Source of the DNA: a bacterium
Lineage (GTDB): Bacteria > Zhuqueibacterota > Zhuqueibacteria > Residuimicrobiales > Krinioviventaceae
Assembly: GCA_963675755.2 (NCBI GenBank)
Contig: CAXXMD010000002.1
Coordinates: 1,056,001 to 1,120,000 of the forward strand
Direction: 5' to 3'
DNA: 64,000 bases
Made by a program: the position numbers and the translations under genes. Below the pieces are notes generated by a model. It was not told where the DNA came from. It ran no database searches and worked only from the letters and a program-made list of their open reading frames with translations. The first letter of the stretch is position 1. Every line of letters starts with the position of its first letter. This document shows, in pieces, positions 28,345 through 39,058 of this stretch.

Positions 28345-31300
28345 TTAAAAGTTGAAACGTAAACCAAACCAGATATCACGAGGTTGCCCATATAGCCAAT
28401 ATGTATTGATGGGATCGTTGATATAGGGTTTATCATCTGATCGAAGATCGCCAATCTTGTCATCACCGGGCAGATAATAACCTTCATGCTGTTCACGGAG
28501 ATTGTCATATTTGGGTGAATCATATTCGGGCAATCTCAAAGATGCCATATAGTTTATAAAATCAGAACGCTCATCCAGATCCTGACCAGAGACATATTCA
28601 AACGCGTATCCGCGGTGCATGATACTGTTCTTTATATTGAAAACGTTACTGACATCCACATAAAAAGTAGTATTAATATTGGCAACCTTGAAAGTTTTGG
28701 CAATTTTCAAATCAACCATATAAAATGAAGGCCAGCGCATATTATCGTTTACATAAGGTTCATCAAGCGGATTCCAGGTAAAATAATCACCTGCTTCCCA
28801 TTCAGCAAAAAAGGTTATGTTCCATCCACCCAGAGGACTACTGCCCATTATTTCAGGACCAAAACTGAAAGGTGAACGAAAAGTAACATTCGCATTTAAC
28901 TGAGGAATGGGTAATGAACGGGTTTCCTGTCCTTCGTATAAACCTTCACGGTCATCCAAAACATCTTCTTCAGTATACTCTTCACGTCCGGTCAGACCGG
29001 ATTTTTTCAGCATATAATTGAAATTCAACCAGCCATTAATCCAACTGTTATCCTGTTTCGAGATATTAAGCTCAAATCCCTGAATGTCTTCATATTGGTT
29101 ATTCATCCAGAAATCATAATCAATACCTTCGCTATTCTTATAATTCACATCTCCATTCTCACCGGTCACATCTTTAGAGTATCCGGAAAGTTTTACAACA
29201 TAGCTATCCAAAACATTCAAAGCCGCTCCCAACTCGTACGATATAGTTCGCGGTGGTGCAAGGTTTGGATTCGCCATATCATACAATCCATTCTTTGTAT
29301 AACGGTAGCGATACAGATACATTGTGGAATAAGGAGGATTAGAACGAAAATGTCCGTAATTGAAATAAAATTTAGAGTTGACTGTAATGGGAAAAGATAC
29401 ACCAATACGGGGACTGACAGTAAAATGGTTTTCAATAGGCTGCAGAAATCCCGGATGTTCCTTATCATAAGCTTCCCACAAATCCCAGATATAAGATCTG
29501 CCCTGTTCCAGATAATCAAACAATACTGAATCTTCAGCAAAATTCTGGGGAGTAAACATTTCAACATTATAGGCATCACCAGAGGGCCACTTGCCACCTC
29601 CGCCATAATAATAATCAAAACGCAGACCTACATTCGCAACGATTTGAGAATAACTCATCTGGTCCTGAATAAAAAAGCCAGTCTGGCTCGGAGTACGGTG
29701 ATAATTGAATTCGTAAACGTTATAATAATTTTCATTCCATTTCTGCCAGTGCTGATGATCAAGATCCATATAATTGTATTCAAAACCCGCCTTGGCATAA
29801 TGATTCGAACCAAATTGTGAGGTCAGCTCAAACTTGGCACGATATTGGGATGTACTGGTATTGTCGTACAAGTCACCTTCTTTACGTCTAAAACGTCTTG
29901 AAAGTCCAGGCAGAGCATCATAACTGGGATACTCGTATCCATCCAGCTCGTTGGTACCATACTGCATTTTTCCATATGGCATTTCAGATACGGGAAACGG
30001 GCCAAAATACGTTAGAATGGTATTATCACGTGTATTGCCGGTTGGTGTATCATTCTTTATATTTAAAGCGCTTAGAGTCAATTCCCAAAACATGGTAGGA
30101 TTGAGTATATGGTTTACTGTTAAACCACCCATCATTGTCTTTTGCTTCAGGATGGGGAAAAACGGTTGGTCATACCAATAATCGGGATTTTTGTACACAT
30201 ATTTAACATTATTGATGGGCATAAAACCACCTTCACGGCTTGCATCCGGGAAATCACCCCATGCCGGGCGAATCGGGCTAATACCTTCCTGATATTTCAT
30301 CAAACCGTTAAAGGTTAATGAAAGATTTTCAGAGGGTTGGGCTTTCATCGTTGCCAGGGTGGTGTAGGTTTTCTCGCTACGAAGCGTAACCGGCATTACA
30401 TAATGACGCTCACGGGAATTGTTGGAAATATAAAATGTAGCATTACCCAGCATCTTGCCTATAAGAGGTACCGGACCGCCAAAACCACCATCAAAATTCC
30501 AGTCACTGCCGTCTTCCTGCATTTTATGTTCTGCAAATAGCTTCTTATGCTCATCTGAAACCGTATAGCCTAATTCAGCAAGGCCTTCATAATCGGGTTC
30601 TGCCATGTGCATCCAGGCGGCTAATAAATAATAATCTAAAGGAGTGGCCTGGTCTTCCGGCTCTTTACCCATATTATAGATTTGGGCTGCGGTATTCCAT
30701 CCCATAAAACTGAGATGCTGTTCACGCAGATAATCATTATCTTTCCATGCTTCTTCTGTTCCTACAAAAGCCACCTTAGGATCAAGTAACGGGCGTAATG
30801 CAGGACTATTGGGATCATAAAACGAAGGTCCAAAACGACGAATATGAGAATTATCCATTGAAAACTGGACTGTTCCATGATAGCCGTCATGTGTTCCGCT
30901 TTTGGTTGTTACATTGATCAAACCTGAACGGAAATTACCATATTCAGCATTATAACCACCGGAAAGCAGAGACACCTGTTCTACCGCACTGAGTGGAATG
31001 CTGGTTTCGGCATTACCCACAGCAGCATTCATATATGACAATCCGTTAACCATCATACCCGTTTGATCAGCAGAACCGCCGCGAATGGTCAGGTAGCCGT
31101 TATTTTCAGAAACACCAGGTAACTTTGATAGAAAGGAATTAATTTCGCGGATACCGGTAGCATCCTGTAATTGCACATCCGAGACCACCAATTGCGTGTT
31201 AGAGACTTCAACATGCAGCTGGTCTTTTTCAGCCAGCACAACAACTTCGGAACCCTGAAGCACCTGTGAACTGAGTGAAAAATTAACCTCGGCTCTGCGA

Positions 31301-31596
31301 TCAAGCGAAACCATAAGGTCTTTTTTTACCTGGGTTTCGTATCCCATCATGGTTGCTCTGACAGTATATTTTCCTACCGGAACGTTAATAATGATAAAAC
31401 GTCCATTCAGGTCTGTCGCGGCACCCAAATTGGTCCCTTCAATCATCACATTGGCACCAGCCAATGGATCACCGGTGCCCGCTTCTTTAACGGTACCGGC
31501 AATTCGACTTCGGGTTTGAGCAAAACCAACACTGCTTATAAAAAGTATAAGCAGCAAAATTACCGGGACCCGTTTAATGAAATGATTTTTTAACAT
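28345..31596 (-). CDS. TonB-dependent receptor with N-terminal carboxypeptidase-regulatory-like domain
   Basis: IAGTV..PLAGANV...GAATDLNGRF; plug IRGG...GGYNAEYG...SGLINVTTKSG; SPRIG; NPNL.P; C-terminal PRDIWFGLRFNF. Confidence 0.92.
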   Translation of the reverse strand: MLKNHFIKRVPVILLLILFISSVGFAQTRSRIAGTVKEAGTGDPLAGANVMIEGTNLGAATDLNGRFIIINVPVGKYTVRATMMGYETQVKKDLMVSLDRRAEVNFSLSSQVLQGSEVVVLAEKDQLHVEVSNTQLVVSDVQLQDATGIREINSFLSKLPGVSENNGYLTIRGGSADQTGMMVNGLSYMNAAVGNAETSIPLSAVEQVSLLSGGYNAEYGNFRSGLINVTTKSGTHDGYHGTVQFSMDNSHIRRFGPSFYDPNSPALRPLLDPKVAFVGTEEAWKDNDYLREQHLSFMGWNTAAQIYNMGKEPEDQATPLDYYLLAAWMHMAEPDYEGLAELGYTVSDEHKKLFAEHKMQEDGSDWNFDGGFGGPVPLIGKMLGNATFYISNNSRERHYVMPVTLRSEKTYTTLATMKAQPSENLSLTFNGLMKYQEGISPIRPAWGDFPDASREGGFMPINNVKYVYKNPDYWYDQPFFPILKQKTMMGGLTVNHILNPTMFWELTLSALNIKNDTPTGNTRDNTILTYFGPFPVSEMPYGKMQYGTNELDGYEYPSYDALPGLSRRFRRKEGDLYDNTSTSQYRAKFELTSQFGSNHYAKAGFEYNYMDLDHQHWQKWNENYYNVYEFNYHRTPSQTGFFIQDQMSYSQIVANVGLRFDYYYGGGGKWPSGDAYNVEMFTPQNFAEDSVLFDYLEQGRSYIWDLWEAYDKEHPGFLQPIENHFTVSPRIGVSFPITVNSKFYFNYGHFRSNPPYSTMYLYRYRYTKNGLYDMANPNLAPPRTISYELGAALNVLDSYVVKLSGYSKDVTGENGDVNYKNSEGIDYDFWMNNQYEDIQGFELNISKQDNSWINGWLNFNYMLKKSGLTGREEYTEEDVLDDREGLYEGQETRSLPIPQLNANVTFRSPFSFGPEIMGSSPLGGWNITFFAEWEAGDYFTWNPLDEPYVNDNMRWPSFYMVDLKIAKTFKVANINTTFYVDVSNVFNIKNSIMHRGYAFEYVSGQDLDERSDFINYMASLRLPEYDSPKYDNLREQHEGYYLPGDDKIGDLRSDDKPYINDPINTYWLYGQPRDIWFGLRFNF

Positions 31597-31641
31597 TTAT
31601 CTCTCCCTTGAACAAGTACAACTTACCTGTTCTGACAACCA

Positions 31642-33312
31642 TCATCGAATTAATTGCATTTTTATAATTTTAGAGCTTTTTCCGTAACGTAAATATGCAA
31701 AATATAATCCCGAGCTCACCTGTACATTATTTTCATTTGTACCGTTCCAATTCAGCTCATAAGCACCATTATTATGAAAACCTTCAGATAGTTTCTTAAC
31801 CAGTCGTCCTCTTACATCATAGATGCCCAGTGAGATATAATCCGGGGTTGGTATGCTAAAGGAAATAGTTGTAACAGGATTAAATGGATTGGGATAGTTT
31901 CTCAACAGTACAAGACTTGTTGGCACAGTTGCTTCTCTAATATCTGTAGTTGAATTGGGAACCAGGCTATTGATATAATTTTCCAACATGGTATAACCAT
32001 TATCATCAACTATGTTGCGATCGGTATCATCATTAGGATTCAGGTTATTTTTCAATTCCCAATCATCCGGTATGCCATCGTGATCAGAATCAACCGGTGC
32101 GGCAAGACTGGATAAAACCGGCCATCCACCAACATCATTCTGGCTGTCAATTATACCACGAATAATTGATGTATCTGACAAGTTTTGAATTTCTTCATAT
32201 CCCGGACCTTCAAAAGTTGCTGTTCCGGATTCAACTTCTGAGATAATTCGAGCATCTATAGGGTCTCGTGCAGGCAAAGTTGCGCCAACATCCGCCAATA
32301 CACTGAGGAACGCCTCTTCTGCTGTTTGAGTGGTAACTGTAGTAAATGGAAAAGGTTCATCAACACCTATGATGGATTTAACGGCAGAACTTCCTTGAAC
32401 TCCGCCAGCCCAATTGTCGTTTGTGATATTAGGTGAACCAACAACATAATTATCTTTAATATACCATCTTCCTGCAGTACCTGAAGGTTCACAAATTCTG
32501 TATTTAACACTACTTTTGGTAGCCGGACCGGATTTATAATAGTTGGCTATCATGTTAATTGTACCGGCTTCACCGCCATAAGCACTGTTAAATCCCCAAT
32601 TATAGATCACATTGTTGCGATAGTCTACATTCTTGCAGGTTGAAGTCTGACCGCCGGCAAATCTTGGATTTCTGCTGGAATGATGCGCAAACAAGTTGTG
32701 ATGAAAAGAAGCATCTTCTCCACCCCAAATGCCTCCGTAACCATGTGCACCTTTGGAATGATTAGAGTTGTACAAGCTTTCAGAGATTAAACACCACTGA
32801 ACGGTAAGACTGTCAATTCCGTAATAGGACAATCCTTCATCCACACTCCAGCTTGCAGAACAATGATCAAGGATTACACTCTTGCAATAACGCCCCCAAG
32901 TAGCATCAGACTCTACTCCGGATTCATCACCCAGACGAAACCGTATATAACGAATGATTACTTCATTATGGTTTACATACAAGGTATGGTCTTTGATGCA
33001 AATTCCATCACCCGGTGCAGTTTGGCCGGCAATGGTAATATAGGGGCTTTTAATTTTAAGATCAGATTCCAATGCAATGGTGCCTGATACGCGAAACACT
33101 ACCGTTCTGGGTCCACTGGCTTCAATAGCTTCCCGTAAACTGCCGGGACCACTATCATTCAGATTGGTTACTTCATAGACATCTCCACCACGACCACCTA
33201 TTGTATACATGCCCGCGCCTTCAGCGCCCGGGAAAGCAGTTACCCGGGCGTATATGAAGGAAGAAAAAATCAACAAAAATGATATTATATATTTAGTCAA
33301 ATTGAATTTCAC
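31642..33312 (-). CDS. PL1-family pectate lyase with CTD
   Basis: AFPGAEGAG..GGRGG, TIAGQTAPG, DHCSASWSVDE, RNPR, DSDHDGIPDDWE; NYPNPFNP CTD. Confidence 0.9.
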   Translation of the reverse strand: MKFNLTKYIISFLLIFSSFIYARVTAFPGAEGAGMYTIGGRGGDVYEVTNLNDSGPGSLREAIEASGPRTVVFRVSGTIALESDLKIKSPYITIAGQTAPGDGICIKDHTLYVNHNEVIIRYIRFRLGDESGVESDATWGRYCKSVILDHCSASWSVDEGLSYYGIDSLTVQWCLISESLYNSNHSKGAHGYGGIWGGEDASFHHNLFAHHSSRNPRFAGGQTSTCKNVDYRNNVIYNWGFNSAYGGEAGTINMIANYYKSGPATKSSVKYRICEPSGTAGRWYIKDNYVVGSPNITNDNWAGGVQGSSAVKSIIGVDEPFPFTTVTTQTAEEAFLSVLADVGATLPARDPIDARIISEVESGTATFEGPGYEEIQNLSDTSIIRGIIDSQNDVGGWPVLSSLAAPVDSDHDGIPDDWELKNNLNPNDDTDRNIVDDNGYTMLENYINSLVPNSTTDIREATVPTSLVLLRNYPNPFNPVTTISFSIPTPDYISLGIYDVRGRLVKKLSEGFHNNGAYELNWNGTNENNVQVSSGLYFAYLRYGKSSKIIKMQLIR

Positions 33313-33350
33313 AATATTCCTCTCAGCATCTCTTAATCGATATCAAACTA

Positions 33351-34718
33351 CTATTCAAGCAGAGTCATTTTCTTGGTCATTACACCATTTGGGGTTTCAA
33401 GACGATAGAAGTAAATGCCAGATGGCAATTCTTTGGCTTCAAAAGTAACCTTGTGTTCGCCTGCTGCCATTCTGCCGTTAACCAACTGTGCCACACGGTG
33501 TCCCAGCAAATTGTAAACATTCAATATAGTTTGTCCATCTTTAGCAAGTGAGAATTGAATGCTGGTTTCAGGATTAAAGGGATTGGGGTAATTTTGTTTC
33601 AATGCCATGGTTTGAGGCAGTGTTTCTGCATTATCATCTTCAATTGCGGTTGCATTTGTTGCCCAACGAGGATCACCGATGGCTCCACCGTCTGAGGCAT
33701 ATGTTAACAATGCTGAACCGGCAGGTAATGTAAAATCACCATTATCGGGATCAGCAAATTCAGGATCAACAGCCAAAGTATCAGATACAGGATGATCACG
33801 CCAGTTGCGCGCACCTACATCCCACAAACAAATATTATTGATAACTGCCTGTTCCGGAGTTACGGTTTCTTTGATATTGATAACAACCTTGTCTTTATTG
33901 AGCTGTTTTACACAAATAGAGTTACTTACCTGCCATTGGCCCAGGTGTGGACCTTTTTCGCATAGAATAACTTCACGACCATCTTCAGTACCAATGTTAT
34001 ACCAGGTGGTGTGGTCAATAACAACCGATGGTGTATTCAAGGGGAAATTGCTCTCAACAGGGCCAGCTACGCGAAAACCATAACTATTAATCGTATTAAA
34101 AGTAGAATTAGTTAAAGAAATAAAATTGGCACCACAGTATTTATAGTATATAGAAGTACCCGTGTTTTCCATAATTACATTATCTACAAAAGTAGAATCT
34201 ACAATAACATTACCGCGCATATCTGAACCACCTGCGGCAATAACGTCACTGATAAAATCATGAATGTAACAATTTTCTACTCTGATTTTATTAATAGTAG
34301 CTTCGGCTGGGGTTTCACCCATGTAAAAGGTAATCAGATAATCTGCACTGGGAGCACTACTGAAAGAACCATCAATTTCAAGATTCCTTAATGTTAAAGA
34401 GGCATTATCACCCACTTCAAAAAAACGAATGGTACTTTCACCATCGGGGGGAGTTTGAATTTTCAATATTGCTTTAGAAGCTGCGGCATCACCACCTTCA
34501 ACATCAATCGTAATATTTTTGTCTACAATGGTACCAAAAATATACCCTGTTGATTCGGTGTATTCACCTTCAGGTACCAGTTCAAGCACATCTCCATCCT
34601 GAGCATCTGTAAGGGCCTGGGTTAAGGTACCTTCACCTGGAAATACGGTAACAACATTTTGTGAAAAACCAACTGCAGTGAATGCAATCAAACATACAAT
34701 AACTAACCAATTCTTCAT
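33351..34718 (-). CDS. Secreted beta-helix protein (DUF5123-like C-terminus) with CTD
   Basis: Beta-helix periodicity; DPEFADPDNGDFTL...IGDPRW; NYPNPFNP...KMTLLE. Confidence 0.7.
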   Translation of the reverse strand: MKNWLVIVCLIAFTAVGFSQNVVTVFPGEGTLTQALTDAQDGDVLELVPEGEYTESTGYIFGTIVDKNITIDVEGGDAAASKAILKIQTPPDGESTIRFFEVGDNASLTLRNLEIDGSFSSAPSADYLITFYMGETPAEATINKIRVENCYIHDFISDVIAAGGSDMRGNVIVDSTFVDNVIMENTGTSIYYKYCGANFISLTNSTFNTINSYGFRVAGPVESNFPLNTPSVVIDHTTWYNIGTEDGREVILCEKGPHLGQWQVSNSICVKQLNKDKVVINIKETVTPEQAVINNICLWDVGARNWRDHPVSDTLAVDPEFADPDNGDFTLPAGSALLTYASDGGAIGDPRWATNATAIEDDNAETLPQTMALKQNYPNPFNPETSIQFSLAKDGQTILNVYNLLGHRVAQLVNGRMAAGEHKVTFEAKELPSGIYFYRLETPNGVMTKKMTLLE

Positions 34719-34810
34719 TTCTCATTCCTCCGTAATATTTATGATTATTGATATTTAATTCAGGTATCATAAAATCCTGACAAACATTACAGTGGAATAT
34801 AATATGAAAA

Positions 34811-34830
34811 GCAGGATTTGTAAATCCTGC
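34811..34830. terminator. Palindrome: terminator of the HTCS gene or an operator
   Basis: GCAGGATTT-GT-AAATCCTGC, followed by TTTT on the minus strand. Confidence 0.55.
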
Positions 34831-34833
34831 TCA

Positions 34834-34871
34834 GTTCAGAAAAGGTTCAATATTGTTCAAACGGGGTATAA
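34834..34871 (-). promoter_or_regulatory. Candidate HTCS (AraC-type) binding site
   Basis: Direct repeats 21 bp apart (minus strand TTATACCCCGTTTGAAC / TTGAACCTTTTCTGAAC, 11/17 identical), ~30 bp upstream of a TATTAT/TATATT -10-like box at 34796-34804. Confidence 0.6.
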
Positions 34872-34899
34872 ATGCGTATTTTGTGGTATTTTGAGGGTT

Positions 34900-37800
34900 C
34901 TATTCTTGAATCTCTGTTTCAGACTCTCGATATTCAGAGGGGGTTTTGCTGTATTCCTGCTGAAAGCAGGTACTAAAATATTTGGGATATTTGAATCCAA
35001 CCCGGTATGCAATTTCACTAACTGTAAAATCGGTTTTGTGCAGCATCTGCGCAGCCTTTTTAAGACGAACAGCTTTAATGAATTCCTGTGGAGAATACCC
35101 AATCAATTCCTTTAATTTCATAAACATCATGGTTCGGCTTACACCAACATGATAAGCAAGATGATTCACACCCAATTCCGGATCAGATAAATGTTCTTCA
35201 ATATAATCCCGTATCTGTACAAGCATTTTTTCATCATGAGAAAACGGTGTAACCTGAGAAGGTTCAATAATGAGTTCTTTGCGATAACGTTCCTGTAACA
35301 TTTTTCGGGATTTTAACATGTTGGTTACACGGGCATCAAGAAACCGAAAATGAAAAGGTTTCTCAATATAATCATCTGCGCCAAACTCCATACCCTGGAT
35401 TTTATCTTCGACCTCACTTTTAGCAGAAAGCAATATTATAGGTATATGACTTGTAGAAATTTCACCTTTTAATCTTTTACACAATTCAATACCATCTATT
35501 CCCGGCATAACTACATCGCTTATAATAAGGCTAGGCATACGGGATTCTGCAAGTTCAAGGCCCATGTTACCATCGGGGGCATCAATAACATCATACTTTT
35601 TGGACAACTGTTTTTTTAAATACGCCCGCATTTCCGGATCATCTTCTACAAGCAGTAATAAAGTTCGTTTATCATTTTCATCATTAGAATCAAACTCTTG
35701 TTCTCTAATATCCCAAATTTCTTCGATATCAGATACATTTAAATTTGTCAAATGGTTAGCACCATTCCCAACATGATGCATTTCCAATTCCGCCAAATGG
35801 TCCGTACCAAATGGAAGTTTAACTGTGAATTCACTACCTGATTCTTCCGAGCTTTGAACGAGCAATGTTCCGGAATGCAGCTCTACAAACTTTTTGGATA
35901 AAGCAAGCCCTAATCCTGAACTTGCCTGTCCCTGTCTATACCCACCCTTGGCATTGTAAAAACGCTCAAAAATGTGAGGCAAATCCTCTTCACTAATCCC
36001 TTTTCCAGTATCACTCACTTTGATCATAATAAAAGATTTTTCATTCTCGGTCTGATTTTCAATGCTGACTTTGATATAACCATAATCAGGTGTATATTTA
36101 AAGGCATTATCAATCAGGTTCACCAAGACTTCTTCCAACTTGGACCAGTCAAACCATCCTTCAATTGTATCCTGATCTATATTCAATTCATAATCAATAT
36201 GGTGCTTTTTAGCGGTTTCGGAAAACAATTCATATATACGGCGTACAAATTGAATCAGATCCCCTTTTGTAGTTTCAAGGGGCATTTTGCCATGTTCAAC
36301 ACGTCTGAAACAGAGTAATTGTTGTACAAGACGCATAAGATAACGTACATTTCGATACATTAAACCCATCTCATCTTTATGCTGATCACCTTTATTAGCA
36401 GCAAGCATCTCTTCAAGGGGAGCCTGTATCAATGTGAGTGGGGTTTTAAACTCGTGTGCAATATCAGTAAAAAACTGGAGTTTAAACTGGTTCATTTCTT
36501 TAGCCTTTTTACGCTCCAGTCTTTCCAACTTTAATTCATGTTTAACGTTGATCAAAGCAAAAATATAAGCGTTGATACCATAAATCAAACCAATGCCAAC
36601 AATACCATAAATTAAATAAGCCCATATGGTTCGGCTAAATGGCCGGGGTATATAAATATTCAAAGAAGCTCCGGTTTCATTCCATACGCCGTCGCTGTTT
36701 GAACCTTTAACTTTAAAAGTATAATGGCCGGGATCAAGGTTGGTATAATTGGCAAACCGTCTGGTCCCGGTATAGTTCCATTCCTGCTCAAAACCCTCCA
36801 GAATATAGGCAAATTGGTTCTTTTCAGGAGAAATATAATCCAGCGCTGCAAATTCAAGAGATATCTGATTTTTATCAAAATCGAGACGTAACGTATCATT
36901 TCCCTGTACATAGGGGAATACACTTTTATTCAAAGGTTTATTTAAAACATTGATATTTGTAATAACAATGGGCGGTATAAGAGGATTGGCCATTTTCTCT
37001 ACATAATCCGGAAAAAAAGCGTTAAATCCGTTATTGCCGCCAAAGAACAACTCGCCGGTTTTGCTCTGAAAGCAGGAACGGTTCCAAAACTGGTTTCCCT
37101 GCAAACCATCCTGTACATCATAATTTGTAAATTTTTGTTCATTACTTTCAAATTTGGATATTCCATTGGTTGTACTCAGCCACAAATTTCCATTTGTATC
37201 TTCTACTATACCGGCAATTACATTACTGGGCATGCCATCTGATTTATCAAAACGGATAAAATCATCATTTTCTGAATTATATTGATTCAATCCCTTACGC
37301 GTTGCAATCCATAAACGGTCTTGAGAATCCTGAAAAATGTACTGGATAAAGTTACTGCTGAGACTGTTTGAAAAATTAGCATCAGCGCGATAATGGGTAT
37401 AACTATTATCAACTGGATTAAATGCTACCAGACCGGATCGCAAGTACCCGATCCAGAGTATTCCTTGTTTGTCAAAACAGATAGATACTACAGATTCATC
37501 ATCAAGTACACCGGTTGAATCAAATTCCACTGGTTTAAAGATACCCGTACTTTTTTCAAAATAAATCACCCCTCCATTTGTTCCCAGCCATAATCCCTCC
37601 TCATCTTGCTGCAAAATCGCATTGATAAAATTATTTCCGGTAATAGGAGTAATTGTTACATAATATCTATGGAACATGCCATTTTCGATATTAAATTTAT
37701 TGAGACCTTCTTTTGTACCCGCCCAAATTGTACCGGTATTGTCTTCCAATATACAGGTAACCTGATTACTGCTAATGGTAAATGAATTGTTAACATTATA

Positions 37801-39000
37801 AACATAATGCGAGACAGTTTGGGTAGCCCGGGAAAAGCTTACCAAACCTTCACCCTCTGTTCCTAACCACAAAGTACCTTTAGAGTCTTCTGCAATGGAG
37901 AGTACCGTACTGTTTATAAATTCAGTACCATCATTTAAAAGAGTGCCATAAAATTCAAACTTTTTTGTATTACGGTAAAAGCTGTCAATGCCGCTGCCAT
38001 CCATTCCCAGCCAGATTACACCACTGCCATCCTGATAAATGATTCTGGCACTGTTGCTGCTAAGACTGGAAGGATCATTGGCATCTGCTAAATAAGCATG
38101 AAAACTTTTAGTTTTGCGGTCATATTGATTCAGACCACCATGCATGGTTGCAATCCAAAGATTTTCTGATTCATCTTCAAAAATATCTTTAATTTCATTA
38201 CTGACAATACTGGAAGGATTACTGGGATCATTGGTATAGGGAACAAAACTCCCGGTATAAGGATTATGAACCTGAATTCCATCATAACGGCTGCCAATCC
38301 AAATATCACCAAAGCTGTCCTGAAAAATTGAGGTTATTCTCTTTTCATCACCTTCACTTGCATAATGTGTGAGTTTATTGCGTTGATTGTTTATCTTGTA
38401 AACATCATTAGAAGTGCCCAACCAGAGGTTACCGTCACGATCTTCAAGGATTTCAGTTATATTTTCATTAAAAACCGGGCTGTTTGTATCCAATGGATTT
38501 GTATGAAAAGCAGTAAAACTTTCTTTATCTTTATTAAATATTACCAATCCACTTCGGGTACCTACCCAAAAAATACCATTATGATCGATCAAAAGCGCAC
38601 GAACAAAATTATCATTCAGACTGGTAGGGTCATCATTATCCTGAAGCCATTGATCAAAAGACTCGGTTTCATAATTGAATCGATTTAATCCCCCACCTTC
38701 AGTACCAATCCACAACTGTCCCTCATCATCCTGCATGATACAGCGAATCCAATCTGAAGAAATTGAAGTCGAATCAAAAATATCATGACCATATACAGCA
38801 AAATTATAACCATCAAACCGATTCAAACCATCCTGTGTACCAAACCATAAAAACCCGTAACTGTCCTGAAGTATACAATCCACCCTGCCATCAGACAATC
38901 CGTTATTTATAGTCAGATGATCAAATGTCATTCTTTCATTCTGAGAAAAAGCTGTAATATTCAGAAATAATAAGAGTATGAAAATGGAAAATTTATTCAT
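34900..39000 (-). CDS. Hybrid two-component system sensor-regulator
   Basis: Repeated DxxGxLWIGT propeller blades, Y_Y_Y (YTNLDPGHY), TM, HEFKTPL, NAFKYT, SSGLGL, REC (SDVVMP), AraC HTH. Confidence 0.95.
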   Translation of the reverse strand: MNKFSIFILLLFLNITAFSQNERMTFDHLTINNGLSDGRVDCILQDSYGFLWFGTQDGLNRFDGYNFAVYGHDIFDSTSISSDWIRCIMQDDEGQLWIGTEGGGLNRFNYETESFDQWLQDNDDPTSLNDNFVRALLIDHNGIFWVGTRSGLVIFNKDKESFTAFHTNPLDTNSPVFNENITEILEDRDGNLWLGTSNDVYKINNQRNKLTHYASEGDEKRITSIFQDSFGDIWIGSRYDGIQVHNPYTGSFVPYTNDPSNPSSIVSNEIKDIFEDESENLWIATMHGGLNQYDRKTKSFHAYLADANDPSSLSSNSARIIYQDGSGVIWLGMDGSGIDSFYRNTKKFEFYGTLLNDGTEFINSTVLSIAEDSKGTLWLGTEGEGLVSFSRATQTVSHYVYNVNNSFTISSNQVTCILEDNTGTIWAGTKEGLNKFNIENGMFHRYYVTITPITGNNFINAILQQDEEGLWLGTNGGVIYFEKSTGIFKPVEFDSTGVLDDESVVSICFDKQGILWIGYLRSGLVAFNPVDNSYTHYRADANFSNSLSSNFIQYIFQDSQDRLWIATRKGLNQYNSENDDFIRFDKSDGMPSNVIAGIVEDTNGNLWLSTTNGISKFESNEQKFTNYDVQDGLQGNQFWNRSCFQSKTGELFFGGNNGFNAFFPDYVEKMANPLIPPIVITNINVLNKPLNKSVFPYVQGNDTLRLDFDKNQISLEFAALDYISPEKNQFAYILEGFEQEWNYTGTRRFANYTNLDPGHYTFKVKGSNSDGVWNETGASLNIYIPRPFSRTIWAYLIYGIVGIGLIYGINAYIFALINVKHELKLERLERKKAKEMNQFKLQFFTDIAHEFKTPLTLIQAPLEEMLAANKGDQHKDEMGLMYRNVRYLMRLVQQLLCFRRVEHGKMPLETTKGDLIQFVRRIYELFSETAKKHHIDYELNIDQDTIEGWFDWSKLEEVLVNLIDNAFKYTPDYGYIKVSIENQTENEKSFIMIKVSDTGKGISEEDLPHIFERFYNAKGGYRQGQASSGLGLALSKKFVELHSGTLLVQSSEESGSEFTVKLPFGTDHLAELEMHHVGNGANHLTNLNVSDIEEIWDIREQEFDSNDENDKRTLLLLVEDDPEMRAYLKKQLSKKYDVIDAPDGNMGLELAESRMPSLIISDVVMPGIDGIELCKRLKGEISTSHIPIILLSAKSEVEDKIQGMEFGADDYIEKPFHFRFLDARVTNMLKSRKMLQERYRKELIIEPSQVTPFSHDEKMLVQIRDYIEEHLSDPELGVNHLAYHVGVSRTMMFMKLKELIGYSPQEFIKAVRLKKAAQMLHKTDFTVSEIAYRVGFKYPKYFSTCFQQEYSKTPSEYRESETEIQE

Positions 39001-39058
39001 GATATATAACCATATATTATAAACATTAAAAAGGAGTATTTTGCTTATCTCAAATGGA

